From the human T2T-CHM13v2.0 reference genome, Homo sapiens: 64,000 bases of DNA. This document shows positions 1-14,000 of this stretch, in pieces. Each line of letters opens with the position of its first letter. Position 1 is the stretch's first letter. The stretch is taken from NCBI RefSeq assembly GCF_009914755.1, contig NC_060927.1; one strand, 5' to 3'. A model generated the notes under the pieces. The model was not told the origin of the DNA and made no database searches. It saw only the letters and a program-made list of their open reading frames with translations. The position numbers and the translations under genes were made by a program.

Positions 1-316
1 TCATTGCAATCATATGAGACTCCTGGCTATGCCAAAGGCTAATTAAAGGTAGCCTAAAGATCTCTCCAAGTAGGGTAAGAGATCATATAAACAAATTAAA
101 GTTGGAATGTCACTCATTAATTTTCAACGCAAACAATTAAGATAGTTTATTACACATTATGGATTTGATCTACCTTGATTAAAAATTCTTGTTATAGTAT
201 TAATTTTCTTTATTTCCATGTTTTTTTCCATTGAATAACTTCAATATTTACATCTTCTCTTTAACTTCAATATTCACATCTACCTGTTAGGATGGTGTTG
301 AAATAAAATAATTGTT

Positions 317-610
317 TGCCAGGTGCAGTGGCTTATGCCTGAAATCCCAGCACTCTGGGAGGCCAAAGTCGGGGGATCATTTGAGTTTAGGAGTTCAAAG
401 CCAGCCTGACCACCATGGCGAAACCCCGTCTCTAATAAAAAATATATATATAAATATTAGCCAAGTATGGTGGTGGACACCTATAATCCCAGCTACTCAG
501 GAGGCTGAGGCAGGAGAGTCAGTGGAACCCAGAGGTTGCAGTGAGATTGCCCCACTGCACACCAGCGTGGGCACAGAGCAAGACTCCTTCTCAAAAAAAA
601 AAAAAAGAAA
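317..610 (+). mobile_element. Alu (AluS-like)
   Basis: Dimeric Alu: GCCAGGTGCAGTGGCTTATGCCTG start, A-rich linker, right arm, poly(A); approximate TSD AAAnAATTGT. Confidence 0.95.
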
Positions 611-649
611 ATTGTCACAGTAGAATTTAATATATAGAAAAAATACCAT

Positions 650-3315
650 TTAACAGTAAAGATGAACTAAAACTCAAAACCAAATTTGTCAATAGCAGTC
701 CTATGCAAAAAGAAGTGCTAAAGGGAAATCACTAGGCAAAAATAAATGATTCTATAGAGAAACCTAAAAATGCAATAAATAACAGAAATACAATTATTTA
801 CTTTTTAAGATGATTTTAGTAATTGTGAACTTTCATATATGTTTAATATTAAATATATGAAGAAAATAAAAAGTCAGGAAGTGGTAGATGGAATTAAAAT
901 TTTGAAGACTATAATATTGCCTAAAATTATAAAATATTAATTTATATTTAACAGTGATTATTCAATAATAATGTAATCTCCATGTATTCTCTAAGTGAAC
1001 AATAAAAGGATGTATTTAAAAAAGCTAATAGGGAAGGTTATAAAAATGTACTTTATTAATTTGTGAGAAAAAATAGAGTACAGAAAAGTAATTTAAAACA
1101 GTTTTGAGGAATATAAAACAAAGGAAAAATGGTAGCTTTTACCACAACAATCAGTAACTGAATTAAATGTAGTAACAATCAAATACAAATTTAGTTAGAC
1201 TAGTTTAAAAAACAATAAAAAACTGCAGATGAAATATATAGAAAGACATAGAAAAATGAAAATAAAGTATACCATGAAAACACTGATTAAAATACAGCTG
1301 TTGTAGCTATTAATTACAGGAAAGTAAACTTTAAGGCAAATAGAATTACTAAAGATAGAGAGGGATATTTAATGATGGTAAAAATATAAATCCTTCAAGA
1401 AGGATTCTAATTATGAACACTGAGTAGCATAGCTTAAAAAGACATAAAGCAAAGCTTGACAGAACAAAAGAAGAAAAAGGCAGTCCAAAACCTTAGTGGA
1501 AGCTATTTTCACAGCATTCACATTTCACTGTTAACACAACTGGTAGACAAGTAGAAGATCTGATTAACACAGTGAACAAATCAGGCCAAATTTGGATACT
1601 CAGAACACTGCATTTTGTACCTATAGAACATATATTACTTTCAATTTATTGTATACTTACCAAAATTGACCATATGTAGATTTAAGTGGATTTATTTTAA
1701 AATCAACATCAACAACAATAATAAAGGGTAACTAAACATGCATGAAATGTTTGAAATTAAACAATAAACTTTTAAAAACCCATGACTGAATGATGTATTT
1801 TCAGTACAAATTACCACATAATTTTGATTAAATGATGATAAAATTACAATACATCTAAACTTAAGAAATTGAATTTAACTGTACATATTAGGAGATTTGT
1901 AAGTTTAAATGAAACTTTAAGAGAAAAAAGCTTGAAATAAATGATATATAAGTACATTATAAGAAGTTGGGGGAAAAAGCCAATTAATGCCAAAAGAAAT
2001 GGACGAAAAAATAATAAGAAAAAAATTAACAAAATAGAAACAAAACAAAATTAGAGGGAAACAACAAAAGCAAAAGTTATTTTTCTCTAACAAGACTGTT
2101 AAAATTAATAAGAGTTTGGTAACACTGGTCAGGGGGATGAAACTAATAAAAAAAGACATTCCTACAATGCTACAGACATTAGTCAGATAAAATACTATTT
2201 TGAACAAATAAATATAATTAAAATAGAAATTTAAACAAAATTTATCAAAAAGGTAAAATAAAATAGAACAAAATTATCTATTTAAATAAGTTAATATGTA
2301 ATTTATTAACCTGAATATCTTAAAGTTATTTTTTCCTCATATTCAAGAAAGAAATAACACTAGACTTATGCAGACCTTTCCAGAATATAGAAAAAGAGGA
2401 AATGTATTCTAATTTATCTTATGAACTCAATGTAAATTTGAAATCAACACCTGAAAAAACATTAGAGAAAAAGAAAATGATGGGCCCATCTATCTTTTAA
2501 ACATAGATGCAAAAATTGTAAAAAACATTTTATCAAGTCCAGTGTTATACAGAATGGATAATAGTTCATGACTAAACAGGATTATTCCAAGTATATAATA
2601 ATAGCCTAATATTCAAAACCCTATAAATTTACCATGTTAACAGAAAGAAAAGGAGAAAAGATTATTAGAACATCTTGTTAGATGTACTAAAGCATTTGAC
2701 AAAAAATTCAAAGTTAATTCATGATGAAAATTCTTAGCACAATGTAGGATTAGAAGAGGGCATCTTTAATTTTAGAACAATATCTACTAGAAAAAAACTA
2801 TAGAAAACACCATATTTAGTGATATTTTACTAAATTTTCTTTTTACATAGATATGTGTTAGTTATCAACATTTTTCAACACTGTATTAGAGGCCCTAACC
2901 AATACAATAAGACAAGAAGGAAAAAAATTAATAATTTGAATAAAAAAACTCATTATTTACAGATAATGTGTTTGTGGATAGAGACAATCCAAAAGAATCT
3001 TCAAAATAAACATTACAATTCATAAGTGAATTTAAATAAATTTAGCAAACAGGTTTTAATAAGAGATCAATGTATAAAATTAATTTTATTTTTATATGAT
3101 AATAAACAAAAATAAAATAAATTACAAATAAAATAATATTTACAATAGCATACAAATTAAATACCAAGGAAAAACTTCTAACAAAAAATGTGGAAAACTT
3201 CCACACTAAAAACCACAAACATATTTTAAGATAAATTACAGACCTAAATTAAATAGAAGTATATACCATGATCATGAATTGGCAAGATCAATATTATAAA
3301 AATATTAATTATTCT
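650..3315 (+). mobile_element. Old L1M fragment (ORF1 end to ORF2 EN/RT region), degenerate
   Basis: A-rich strand with L1 ORF2-like motifs (GTAGCTATTAAT..AAAGTAAACTTTAAGGCAAA..AAAGATAGAGAGGGATATT; AAACATAGATGCAAAAAT; AAAGCATTTGACAAAA). Confidence 0.8.
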
Positions 3316-3636
3316 TAGGAAGAAGATCAATAAAGTCTTCCCTTAAAATGATGTAGTATAAATTAGAGAAGACAGATGAAATTTAATAGAGCTTAAGCAA
3401 GAGAAAAAAGCAAAATTAATTCAGCTAGATTGGAGAATGATTGGCCAAAAACAGTTTTTGGAAAAGGGAACATTTGTAATTGTAGTTTAATAAAAGTTTT
3501 TTGAGCAATGTGTGTCCAGCCACATGGGTGTTAAAGTCATGAGACTACCAAGAAGGATGGGGGCGAATAAAGGTAGGTGCTAATATTATACAACACTTTC
3601 AATGGAATAATTTTTATGTCTTCAAGGTCTCTCACA

Positions 3637-6600
3637 GTCCCCTCTACTGTTCAACAGGTTGCTGGGTATTATAATTTGATCACATTTAGATTTGTTCAGA
3701 ATTCTAGATTGATACCACTCATATTAATTATGGTCACAGATTCACTGGTTATTGTAGACATCAGGGCTTCTTGTAACTTTTGTCTTTGTAGTTGAATTTA
3801 AATTATCTGACCAATGAGTTTCTGTGCAGAGCATTTAAGAGTCTTTGAGAACAGAGCAAACAATTATGCAGATATCAAATAGTAATATCATAATTATCAG
3901 AATGTCTCAGACAATGCATTTTAGTCAAGAGTCTTGATTAAGCCAAGAGAATAGGTTTCATTCTTATTTTGAATCTGTAGAGAAGAGAAATTTGATATAA
4001 ATTTGCATAACACTTACTTTTTCCTCTAATTTCTTATTAGTTTTCCTAACCTTTTTGTTTATATTGAAAAATATCCAATACGTCTCTTGTTAGATGTGTG
4101 TATTCTTCTTTCCCTAAGTCAACACGTGTACTTCCCTGGAAGCTGAGTATATTTAAAGTCTTTATTGCATCACAGCTTGTCCAGTTTTTACCAAGTCTTA
4201 CAGCCTTACTTAGCTTGCCTAGGTTATTAATGTTTTTTTCATCATGGCATAATAAATTATGTTTCTGAGCTTTCGCATGGCTGTCAAAGCTACATACTAG
4301 GAGACAAAACAGCTATCCACCATTCACTGGTAGACATAGTTTGTTATATCTTTATTCAGGCTTAAACTTCCTCAAATTCCAGTAAATATTCTCTTGGAAA
4401 TTTAGACCCTGCCTTTCTACGTAGGGGCCATAGTTATTTAAGGTTTCAGTATCTGCAATAAAAAAAAAAAGAGTAAGAATTTTTTATCATTTAAAAGAAT
4501 TAAGTCAGATTATTACAAAACTGAAATACTCATAAAAATTATGTTTTTAATAGCTATCAAATAAGTAGGAATTATCTAGTAATCTTGGGTCCCAGAGATT
4601 GAAAATATTCAAACAATGTGACCCAGAGTCTATATTTAAGTATGAAGAAGAATTAATCAAATAGCTTTGTTTGTATTCATGAAGAATTTCTAGGATCAAT
4701 GGCTCCCAAATGAATGTTAAATTTATTTTTAAAAATTGCTGCATAGTTTTGATAAGGTTGGAATCATTAAAATTATGACACTTTGTCATAAAAATTTAAT
4801 TTCTTTTGAAAAGCAGGAACTTTGGGGTGATTTCTGGTTGGAGGCATATATCACAATTGTCTCCTAAACTTAATAAGAATCAAATAGAAAAGAAAAAACA
4901 AGATTGTCTCCTAAACTTAAAACTGTCAGAGCATTTACTAGAGTTGGCAATCAGGCTAGCAACAGGGCAAATGGGAATGTAGTATATAAGGTTGTAGAAG
5001 GCAATGAATAGTCAAATTTTGTCCTGAAGGTTTAGAGAAAAAAACCTTATTTAGTCCTGAAGAATAAGAGAAGGAAGTTTATGGTATTTTTGTAAAACCT
5101 GTTTTCAGGTACCTTTAATCATTAGATTTAGTTAAACACACAACTTCTTTGTGGGGAATAATAGTCTACGATGATTTTTTCTTTTTTATTTTGATTTTTT
5201 TAAATATTAATTATTCTCAATTCTCTTTAGCAGTATGTAGTGAAAGGAAAGTGGTATTATTATTATTTTGCACAAGGATATAGTTTCCTAGGGAAAATGG
5301 TACAAACTCAGCAATCTGATTAAACCTTTAGCTAGAGTGTGGACTCATTGGTGCCAAGTGTAATATAAATGACAGTTTTAATCTTTGGTGTTTAGACAAA
5401 GAAGACTGAAGAAATAACTTGTAGAATCTCATCTTGGCAATCAGTAACACTAAACTAACAGAGAGAGGAAATTAAAAGCCATTAAAATTTAGAGGAGAAA
5501 GATACAAAGATAGTTGTAGCAGTTTTTGGCTTTCTGCATTCAGGTGTCTTGATCTCAAGGCTCTGGATGAAGGCCATGTCTAGTGGTCTGTTTTAGATCA
5601 AAGTTTCTTAACTTGTCCTAAGTTTTCTATACAAATAGAAGAAAAGTTTTATGGTTATGTAGTCCAAGGAAAGGGATTTTGAAGGAAATGCTTAATGTTA
5701 GTGAAGACAGTCTCTTGTGAATCTCTCCAAGCCAAAGGCTCAGATTTTTCAGCTTTCATTCGATTATATACAAAGTGTCATTAAGTTCAAAAATGTTAGC
5801 ATTTCTTTGTACAGCGTCTTATGAGAACAAGATTTTCTCTAAGTTCCCTACTACTAATTGGTCAGAGAAAATGAAAAATAACTTCGAATTTTTGAGGCAA
5901 CAAGATTTACCATTTTGCGTATTGTCATGGCCTAGAAAATGCGCTTGCATCTAAAAAAATTGAAGTTTGTTTTTAAAATCTTTGTCAGAAAAAGGAGGAA
6001 ATCAATCCTGTAAGACTTTCAAACTGAAGCACAGAACAGAAAACCAACCATTTGTAATATAAGAGTGGAGTACTGGCTCAGTATTTGCAAAAACTAATAT
6101 AACATTTCTGTAAATCTGAGGAATGTCACTATCACGTATATTATTTATTTCCCTAAGGAAATATAAAAAGGTATCATGAGGTTGGATGGAAAGGTATACT
6201 TAAAAGAAAAATGCTGAATATGGATCTACCACTGAAGTTACCTGCCTCAGGGGTAAGGTATTTTTGAATTGTATTATGGTTGAAAACTGCAAAGAATGAG
6301 GGAGTACAAACTTGTTAATGAATGGTCCATGAATCTTGTACAAGGTAGTAACCACACTCATTTGGCTTTTTGATGGGCAGAAGAGGCATAACAAGGGCTA
6401 ATATAGGAAACTTTGAGTACTTTTTGGAGGTATGTAGTATGATGGGTCTTCAAAAGTCTCTTTTATTAATAGACATTGGGTTAGTTTCAGTAAGACATAG
6501 ATGGATTGATGAAGATCTTTATGGCTTCAGCCTCTTTCATCTGCTTTAGATATAAACTTTCTTTAGCCAAAAGGCTATTGGGAACAGATTCAAGGTCTGA

Positions 6601-7428
6601 GATGTTGGTAGGGAAGGCATCAGAGTGAGTGATCACTCCAGGCTATCACAAAACTATGGATCAGAATTCATCTCCTTCTGGAATTTTCAGAATGAGGTCA
6701 TCTGGTTTATCTTTTATAATGGCACCTCATTTCCAAATAAGTCTTGTTCCCACAAATTCACTGGAGTAACATCACTAAACATAAACGTATATTGATAAGT
6801 TCCAGAGAGACAGGAACTGAGTGAGGCAAAAGCAGTGTTTGTGTGGTATCTCAGATTTCTACCAATAAAATGTCTTTGTTACTCTGAAAAAGAAATGACG
6901 GAAGGGTCATATGGTTTATAGTAGGGAGTGTAACCCTGGGAAGTAACAAGAAATGGAATGTTCCAGTTTTGCAATTGCATGAAATTTTTCTTCCTTTTTC
7001 GTTAATAGAAATTGTAGGTAGGTGAGTAGCTACTTCCTTGCAGGTGCGACTGGAGTCTATCTTTTCAGCTAAAATAGGGAAAGTTTTCTTCCATTACCCT
7101 TTTGCCTTAAAATATTATCAGACATCTTTGTCTAGGCTAGGCTAAAGGTGTCCTTGTTCTTGGGTTTATCTAATTTCTAATATGAAAAGCTAATAATTTG
7201 GTTTGTATTTTTTTTCTTTTTCTGGATCTTTAAAGTTTTGAAAAAAAAAAACCTAGTAGTTCAGAGAGCTAGAAAGAGCTGCCATTCTATTTCTTGTTTG
7301 TTTTTTAGTTTGCTAACAAAACCTGGCACACTTGGTTAAATACCATCATTGAGAAAGGTGGATATGACAGTTGTAATGTTTTTTCCTCTGAGAATAGCAA
7401 TGTCTCAAAAGGCTAGAATGAGATGAAT

Positions 7429-7463
<35 letters not shown>

Positions 7464-7555
7464 TTTTCTGTTTCAGGAGTGCAATTTTGACCAATTACTT
7501 TTTACTGGAAGAACTTCAAGAATAGCTATGAAGCATATGAAGAGGTCTTAGTAAG
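3637..7555 (-). mobile_element. Ancient decayed ERV1-class internal region (gag end, pol, 3' region)
   Basis: Minus-strand translation across stops/frameshifts: zinc-knuckle remnant DKDV**YFKAKG*WKKTFPIL (~7073-7132); RT motifs SPC..LPIKKPNECGYYLVQD (~6330-6400), VVDPYSAFF.SIPFHPTS*YLFIFP*GNK*YT (~6135-6232), HFLGHD (~5925-5942); PPT-like GTAGAGGGGAC|TG at 3637-3647. Confidence 0.75.
7427..7465 (+). repeat. (TTTA)n microsatellite
   Basis: Direct inspection. Confidence 0.95.
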
Positions 7556-7587
7556 TTCTCTCTCTCTCTCTTTCTCTTTCTCTCATA

Positions 7588-8748
7588 CAGTCATGTGCTA
7601 CATAAAGGTGTTTTGCTCAACAATGGACTTCATATACAGTGGTGGTCCCATAAGTTTATAATGAAGCTGAAAAAGTTATCTCACCTAGTGATGTCATAGC
7701 TGTTGCACTGCAACACATTACTCATGGGTTTGTGGTGATGCTGATGTTAACAAACCTACTGCACTGCCAGCCACATAAAAATATAGAACATACAATTATG
7801 TACAGCATAAAATATTTGATAATGATAATAAATATGTTATGGCTTTATGTATTTACTATACTAGCCTTCTTGTTTTCATTTTAGAATGTACTCCTTCTAC
7901 TTGTAAAAGAAGCTAACTGTAAAACAGCCTTAGACAGGTCCTTTAGGAGGTATTTCAGAAGAAGACATTGTTATCATGGGAGATTACAATTTCACTTCCT
8001 GTTATTGCCCCTGAAGAATTCCCAGAGGAACAAGATGAGGTGGTAGAAGGAAGGGATATTGATGATCCTGACCCTGTGCAGACTAGACTAATGCATGTGC
8101 TTTTGTCTTAGTTTTTAACAAAAAACTTAAAGAGTGAAAAAGAAATTTTAAAAATATAAAAAAGTTTATAGAGTAAGACTATACAAAAAAGAAAATATTC
8201 CTACATAGCATACAGTGTGTGTTTTAGACTGTGTTATTACAAAGGAGTCAAAAAGTTAAAAGAAGTATATAAAGTAAATAAGTTACAGTAATCTAAGGAT
8301 AACATTGAAGAAAAAAATTTATTTTATGTTTATTGTAGCTTAAGTGTACAGTGTTGATAAAGTATACAGTAATGCCCTAGGCCTTTATATTCAGTCACCA
8401 CTCACTCACTGACTCACTCAGAGCAACTTCCAGTCTTGCAAGCTCCATTCATGGTAAGTGCCTTATACAAGTGTACCATTAAAAATATCATTTATATGCT
8501 ATTTTTACTGTACCTTTTCTATGTTTATATACAAAAATTTTTACAATTGTATTATAATTGGCTACAATGTTGAGTACAGTACCTGCTACACAGGTTCGTA
8601 GCCTAGGAGGAATAGGCTATACCATATGGCATAGATGTGTAGTAGACTATACCTACTCTATGTAAGTACACTCTATGAGGTTCACACAATGAAGAAATTG
8701 CCTAATATCTCTCAGAATGTATTCCTGTCATTAAATGACACATGGCTG
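7588..8748 (+). mobile_element. Tigger3b/MER7-like TcMar DNA transposon (non-autonomous)
   Basis: Starts CAGTCATGTGCTACATAA..GGTGGTCCCATAAG, ends ..ATGACACATGGCTG (terminal inverted repeats), flanked by TA on both sides. Confidence 0.9.
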
Positions 8749-8925
8749 TATATACATAATATATAGTGCATATATATATGTTATTTACATATAACATATA
8801 AATGACATGTAACATATAAAATGATATATAACATATACAGGTGTATATATATGTTATGTATAACACATATAGCATACAGTATTATAATGTTATTTTTATA
8901 TGACATACATAAATATATATATATC
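8749..8925. repeat. (TA)n-rich low-complexity tract
   Basis: Direct inspection. Confidence 0.85.
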
Positions 8926-8929
8926 TGTT

Positions 8930-10390
8930 GTTAAATTTTGATCCTTATATTGAATACAATTTTGATAATCTATTTTACTTTTTCTGACCAAATATTAGTA
9001 TCACTGAGTTCCACAAAATGATGAAATAATTGGTAGATATTAAGGCATCCTAAGGTATATGTCTTATGGAAAAACGTAAATTGTTTGTTGACTTTTGTCT
9101 TTTCTTTTGAGGGCTAGATATTTCATTAGATTATATTAATCAGGAACAAGATTTAACCAATAAAAATAAGGCTAATCATGATATCTAACTCTTTATAAGA
9201 CATTGTAATGAGATATAATCTAATGAGAATTGTGTGCTCAGCAAGAGGTAGAGGAAAAAAAAGGTTCTTGCAAAGTACAGAAGTAGGAAGAGCAGGAACA
9301 GAGCAAGGGGATGGAGGAATTCAAGTCGAGGTCACAAAGGAGGCCAAACAAAAGTTGAATCAAGAGGAAGAGAAGAGTTTAAGTTTGGATATTTTAGTCT
9401 TTTTATTTCTATATTTATATTGCTTTTTATATTTATTTATTATTCAAAAGATATATTTGATCTTTCTAAGGTCTCTTAGGGGAAATAGTTTTAGAATTTT
9501 TCTGTGTTGTAGAGAGCTAAATCTGGACAATGACTTGGAGTTTCAATGAATGCTTATATTCAAATATGGATAGAAAACCGGAAACAAATATTTATGCCTA
9601 TGGAAACTGGGCTGTACATTTCCATGTCATCTATAACAGCCCTGAGTAATGAAAAGATTAAAAGAAACTTATTCAAAGACAATAAAGGAAATAGTAATGA
9701 TTTAGGAGGTTGTATTAGTCCGTTTCATACCGCTATAAAAATGTGGCTAAGACTAGGTAATTTATAAAGAAAAGAGCTTTAACTGACTCACAGTTCTGCA
9801 GGGCTTAGGAAACTTGCAATCATAGCAGAAGTCGAAGGAGAAGCAAGCACCTTCTTCACAAGGTGGCAGGAGAAAGAGAGAGTGAGGGGGGACCTGCCAA
9901 GCACTTTTAAACCAAGAGATCTCTTGAGAACTCACTATTACGAGAACAGCATGGGGGAAACCACTTCCATAATTCAATCACCTCCCACCAGGTCCCTCCC
10001 TCAACACATGGGGATTACAATTCAAGATGCGATTTGTTTGGAGACACAGAGACAAACCGTATCAGTAGTCTTTAAAGAAAGACGACAGAGTGGTCATCAG
10101 CAAGACTTATTCAGATGTTCAGTAGGAGAATCTGAAAATGAAAAAAAAAAAAAATAAGAGAGAGAGAGAGAGAGAGACAGATCTGCAAACTATCATTGCT
10201 GAAGTAATCCAGGTTGAGGAGCAGCAAGTCCAGTATTGACCTGAGTCGAGGTGCCAAAAACTGTGGAAGAAAATATAAAACAGAGCACTCTTAAGCATAA
10301 GCTTTCTTTTGAAATGTTTCCATGTGAGAATGAGCATGCTGCCACGTAAGTCACCTGTTTTATAACATAAGTGTAATAATTCCATGACAT
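8930..10390 (-). mobile_element. Probable 5' part (LTR end, PBS-like site, leader/gag) of the same ancient ERV
   Basis: Minus strand ..TTCTTCCACA|GTTTT TGGCACCTCGAC at ~10245-10270 resembles an LTR end plus PBS; Pro/Ser-rich minus-strand stretch at ~9260-9380; interrupted by a MaLR LTR. Confidence 0.4.
9711..10064 (-). mobile_element. MaLR solo LTR (MSTA/THE1D-like)
   Basis: Plus strand TGTATTAGTCCGTTT...AAACCGTATCA is the reverse complement of a MaLR LTR (TGATA..TAATACA), ~355 bp. Confidence 0.9.
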
Positions 10391-10414
10391 AGTGAATTAC
10401 ATAACATATAAATT

Positions 10415-11670
10415 ACAATGGGAGTAGAATGGTCTTTTAATCAACAGTGCTGTATCAATTGGATATTCCCATTAGAAAAAGTAGATTTTATTTCATTTCA
10501 CCCTATATAAAATATTAATTTATTAGGGATTATAATTCTAAAAGTGAAAGGTAAAACACTAAAAGTCCTAGAAGAAAATATGAAATATCTAGTGTATATC
10601 AAATGTATCAAGTGGGACACAAAAAATACTAACTATAAAGATACATAAATGGAATTACATTAAAGTTAAACATAACTGCTTATCAAAAAACACCATTTAG
10701 AAAATAAAAAGGCAAGCTACATTTGCTATGTATACATCTAACAATCAATTTACTTCTAGCAAGTCTAAAGAACTCCCCAAAAGATGGGTCAAATTAATTT
10801 TTAAAAATCTGCAAAAATTTTGAACATATAGTCATAAAAACTTATTCAAATGTACACTCAACATTAAATGGACTGAAAAAGCAGTGCATTTAATTACTTA
10901 ATGAAAAACGCAAAGGAAAACCACAAACAGATAACACTTGATATCTACCAGAAGCACTAAAATTTAAGGCTGAAAATACCAACAATTGTATAGAAAATAT
11001 AACACACACACTTCTAATGTAAGAATAAATTGGCACAACCAGTTCTAAAGCACTGCTTAGCGTATCTACTAAGACTAACATTTTGACTCAGTAATCCCTC
11101 CCTTATGTATATACCAAACAGATTTGCCTATTGTTACCACAAGATATGTAGCAGAATGTTCATACCAGCAAATAAAATAAGAGAAACAACTAAAATACCA
11201 ACCAGTAGTAAAATTGATTAACAATTTTTATCATATTAACTTGAATTCTATAGGACAGTGGTTCTCAGTTGGAGACTATTTCATCCCCAGAGGATGTTTG
11301 ACAATGTCTAGAGACAGTTTTAGTTGACACAACTGGAGAAATGTTATTGGCTTCTAAGGGGCATATGCCAGCAATGCTGCCAAATATCTTCCCATGCACA
11401 GCTCCCATAACAAATAATTATCCAGTCCAAAATGTGCATAGTGCAAGATTGAAAAATTCTGCTATAGAACTATGAGAAAACTACACATAACCACATAGAT
11501 GAAAAAAATGATACAGAGGAGTTTTACACTGAATACTTTGATTTATGAAAACTTCAGAAACAGACTCATCAAACCCTTTCACTGTGTTAGGAATCAGCTT
11601 AATGATTACCTTTGACAGGAAACAGTGATTAGAAAGGGAAGGGAAGGGGTCACTGATAATGGTAGTGCTC
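10415..11670 (+). mobile_element. Old L1M 3' fragment interrupted by MER20
   Basis: L1 ORF2-end/3'UTR-like motifs (CTAGAAGAAAATATG; AAATTGGCACAACC; TTTGACTCAGTAATCCC; AGAATGTTCATA). Confidence 0.7.
11256..11461 (+). mobile_element. MER20 (hAT-Charlie)
   Basis: CAGTGGTTCTCA start, AATTATCCAGTCCAAAATGT near end; 8-bp TSD CTATAGGA/CTATAGAA. Confidence 0.9.
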
Positions 11671-11965
11671 TGTAAACACAAAACAGAATTCTAAGCCCCC
11701 CAACAGACTGAATGGACCCCTCCTCTCAGCCAAAGGCATTCCAAAGTTGACCTGAAAAACTAGTTCAGGCCATGATAAGAAAAGGGGCTTGGAAATGCCT
11801 CATTCAGGCACAACTGACCAGTATTAACATTAAAACAGAGATCTTAAGTCTGACAAAACAGACTTTTTGTAGCAATAACATACCAAATTCTAATCTTACT
11901 CTAGTATAGCATCATCATATGACAGATAACAAGCCCTAAAAGAAATTGAAGTATTTTACCCCAAT
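11671..11965 (+). mobile_element. MER4-family LTR, 5' part only
   Basis: TGTAAAC..AATTCTAAGCCCCCCAAC..TGAATGGACCCCTCCTCTC..AAACTAGTTCAGGCCATG; ends at TTTTACCCCAA followed by (TA)n. Confidence 0.85.
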
Positions 11966-11984
11966 ATATATATATATATATAAT

Positions 11985-13995
<2,011 letters not shown>

Positions 13996-14000
13996 GGGAC

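Noticed and set aside
236-281. 20-bp near-perfect direct repeat TAACTTCAATATTyACATCT
   Set aside because: Ordinary small slippage duplication
3320-3636. 3' LTR of the ancient ERV
   Set aside because: Begins with TG after a PPT-like site, but I cannot align it convincingly to the putative 5' LTR end at 10262-10390
6242-6286. 45-nt in-frame segment as an exon of a host protein gene
   Set aside because: Its peptide FNHNTIQKYLTPEA lies in register between retroviral RT motifs, so it is ERV pol remnant; kept only as possible exonisation
9208-9549. 113-aa ORF with a hydrophobic segment
   Set aside because: Compositional artefact of purine-rich then T-rich DNA, probably antisense to old gag; no recognisable domain
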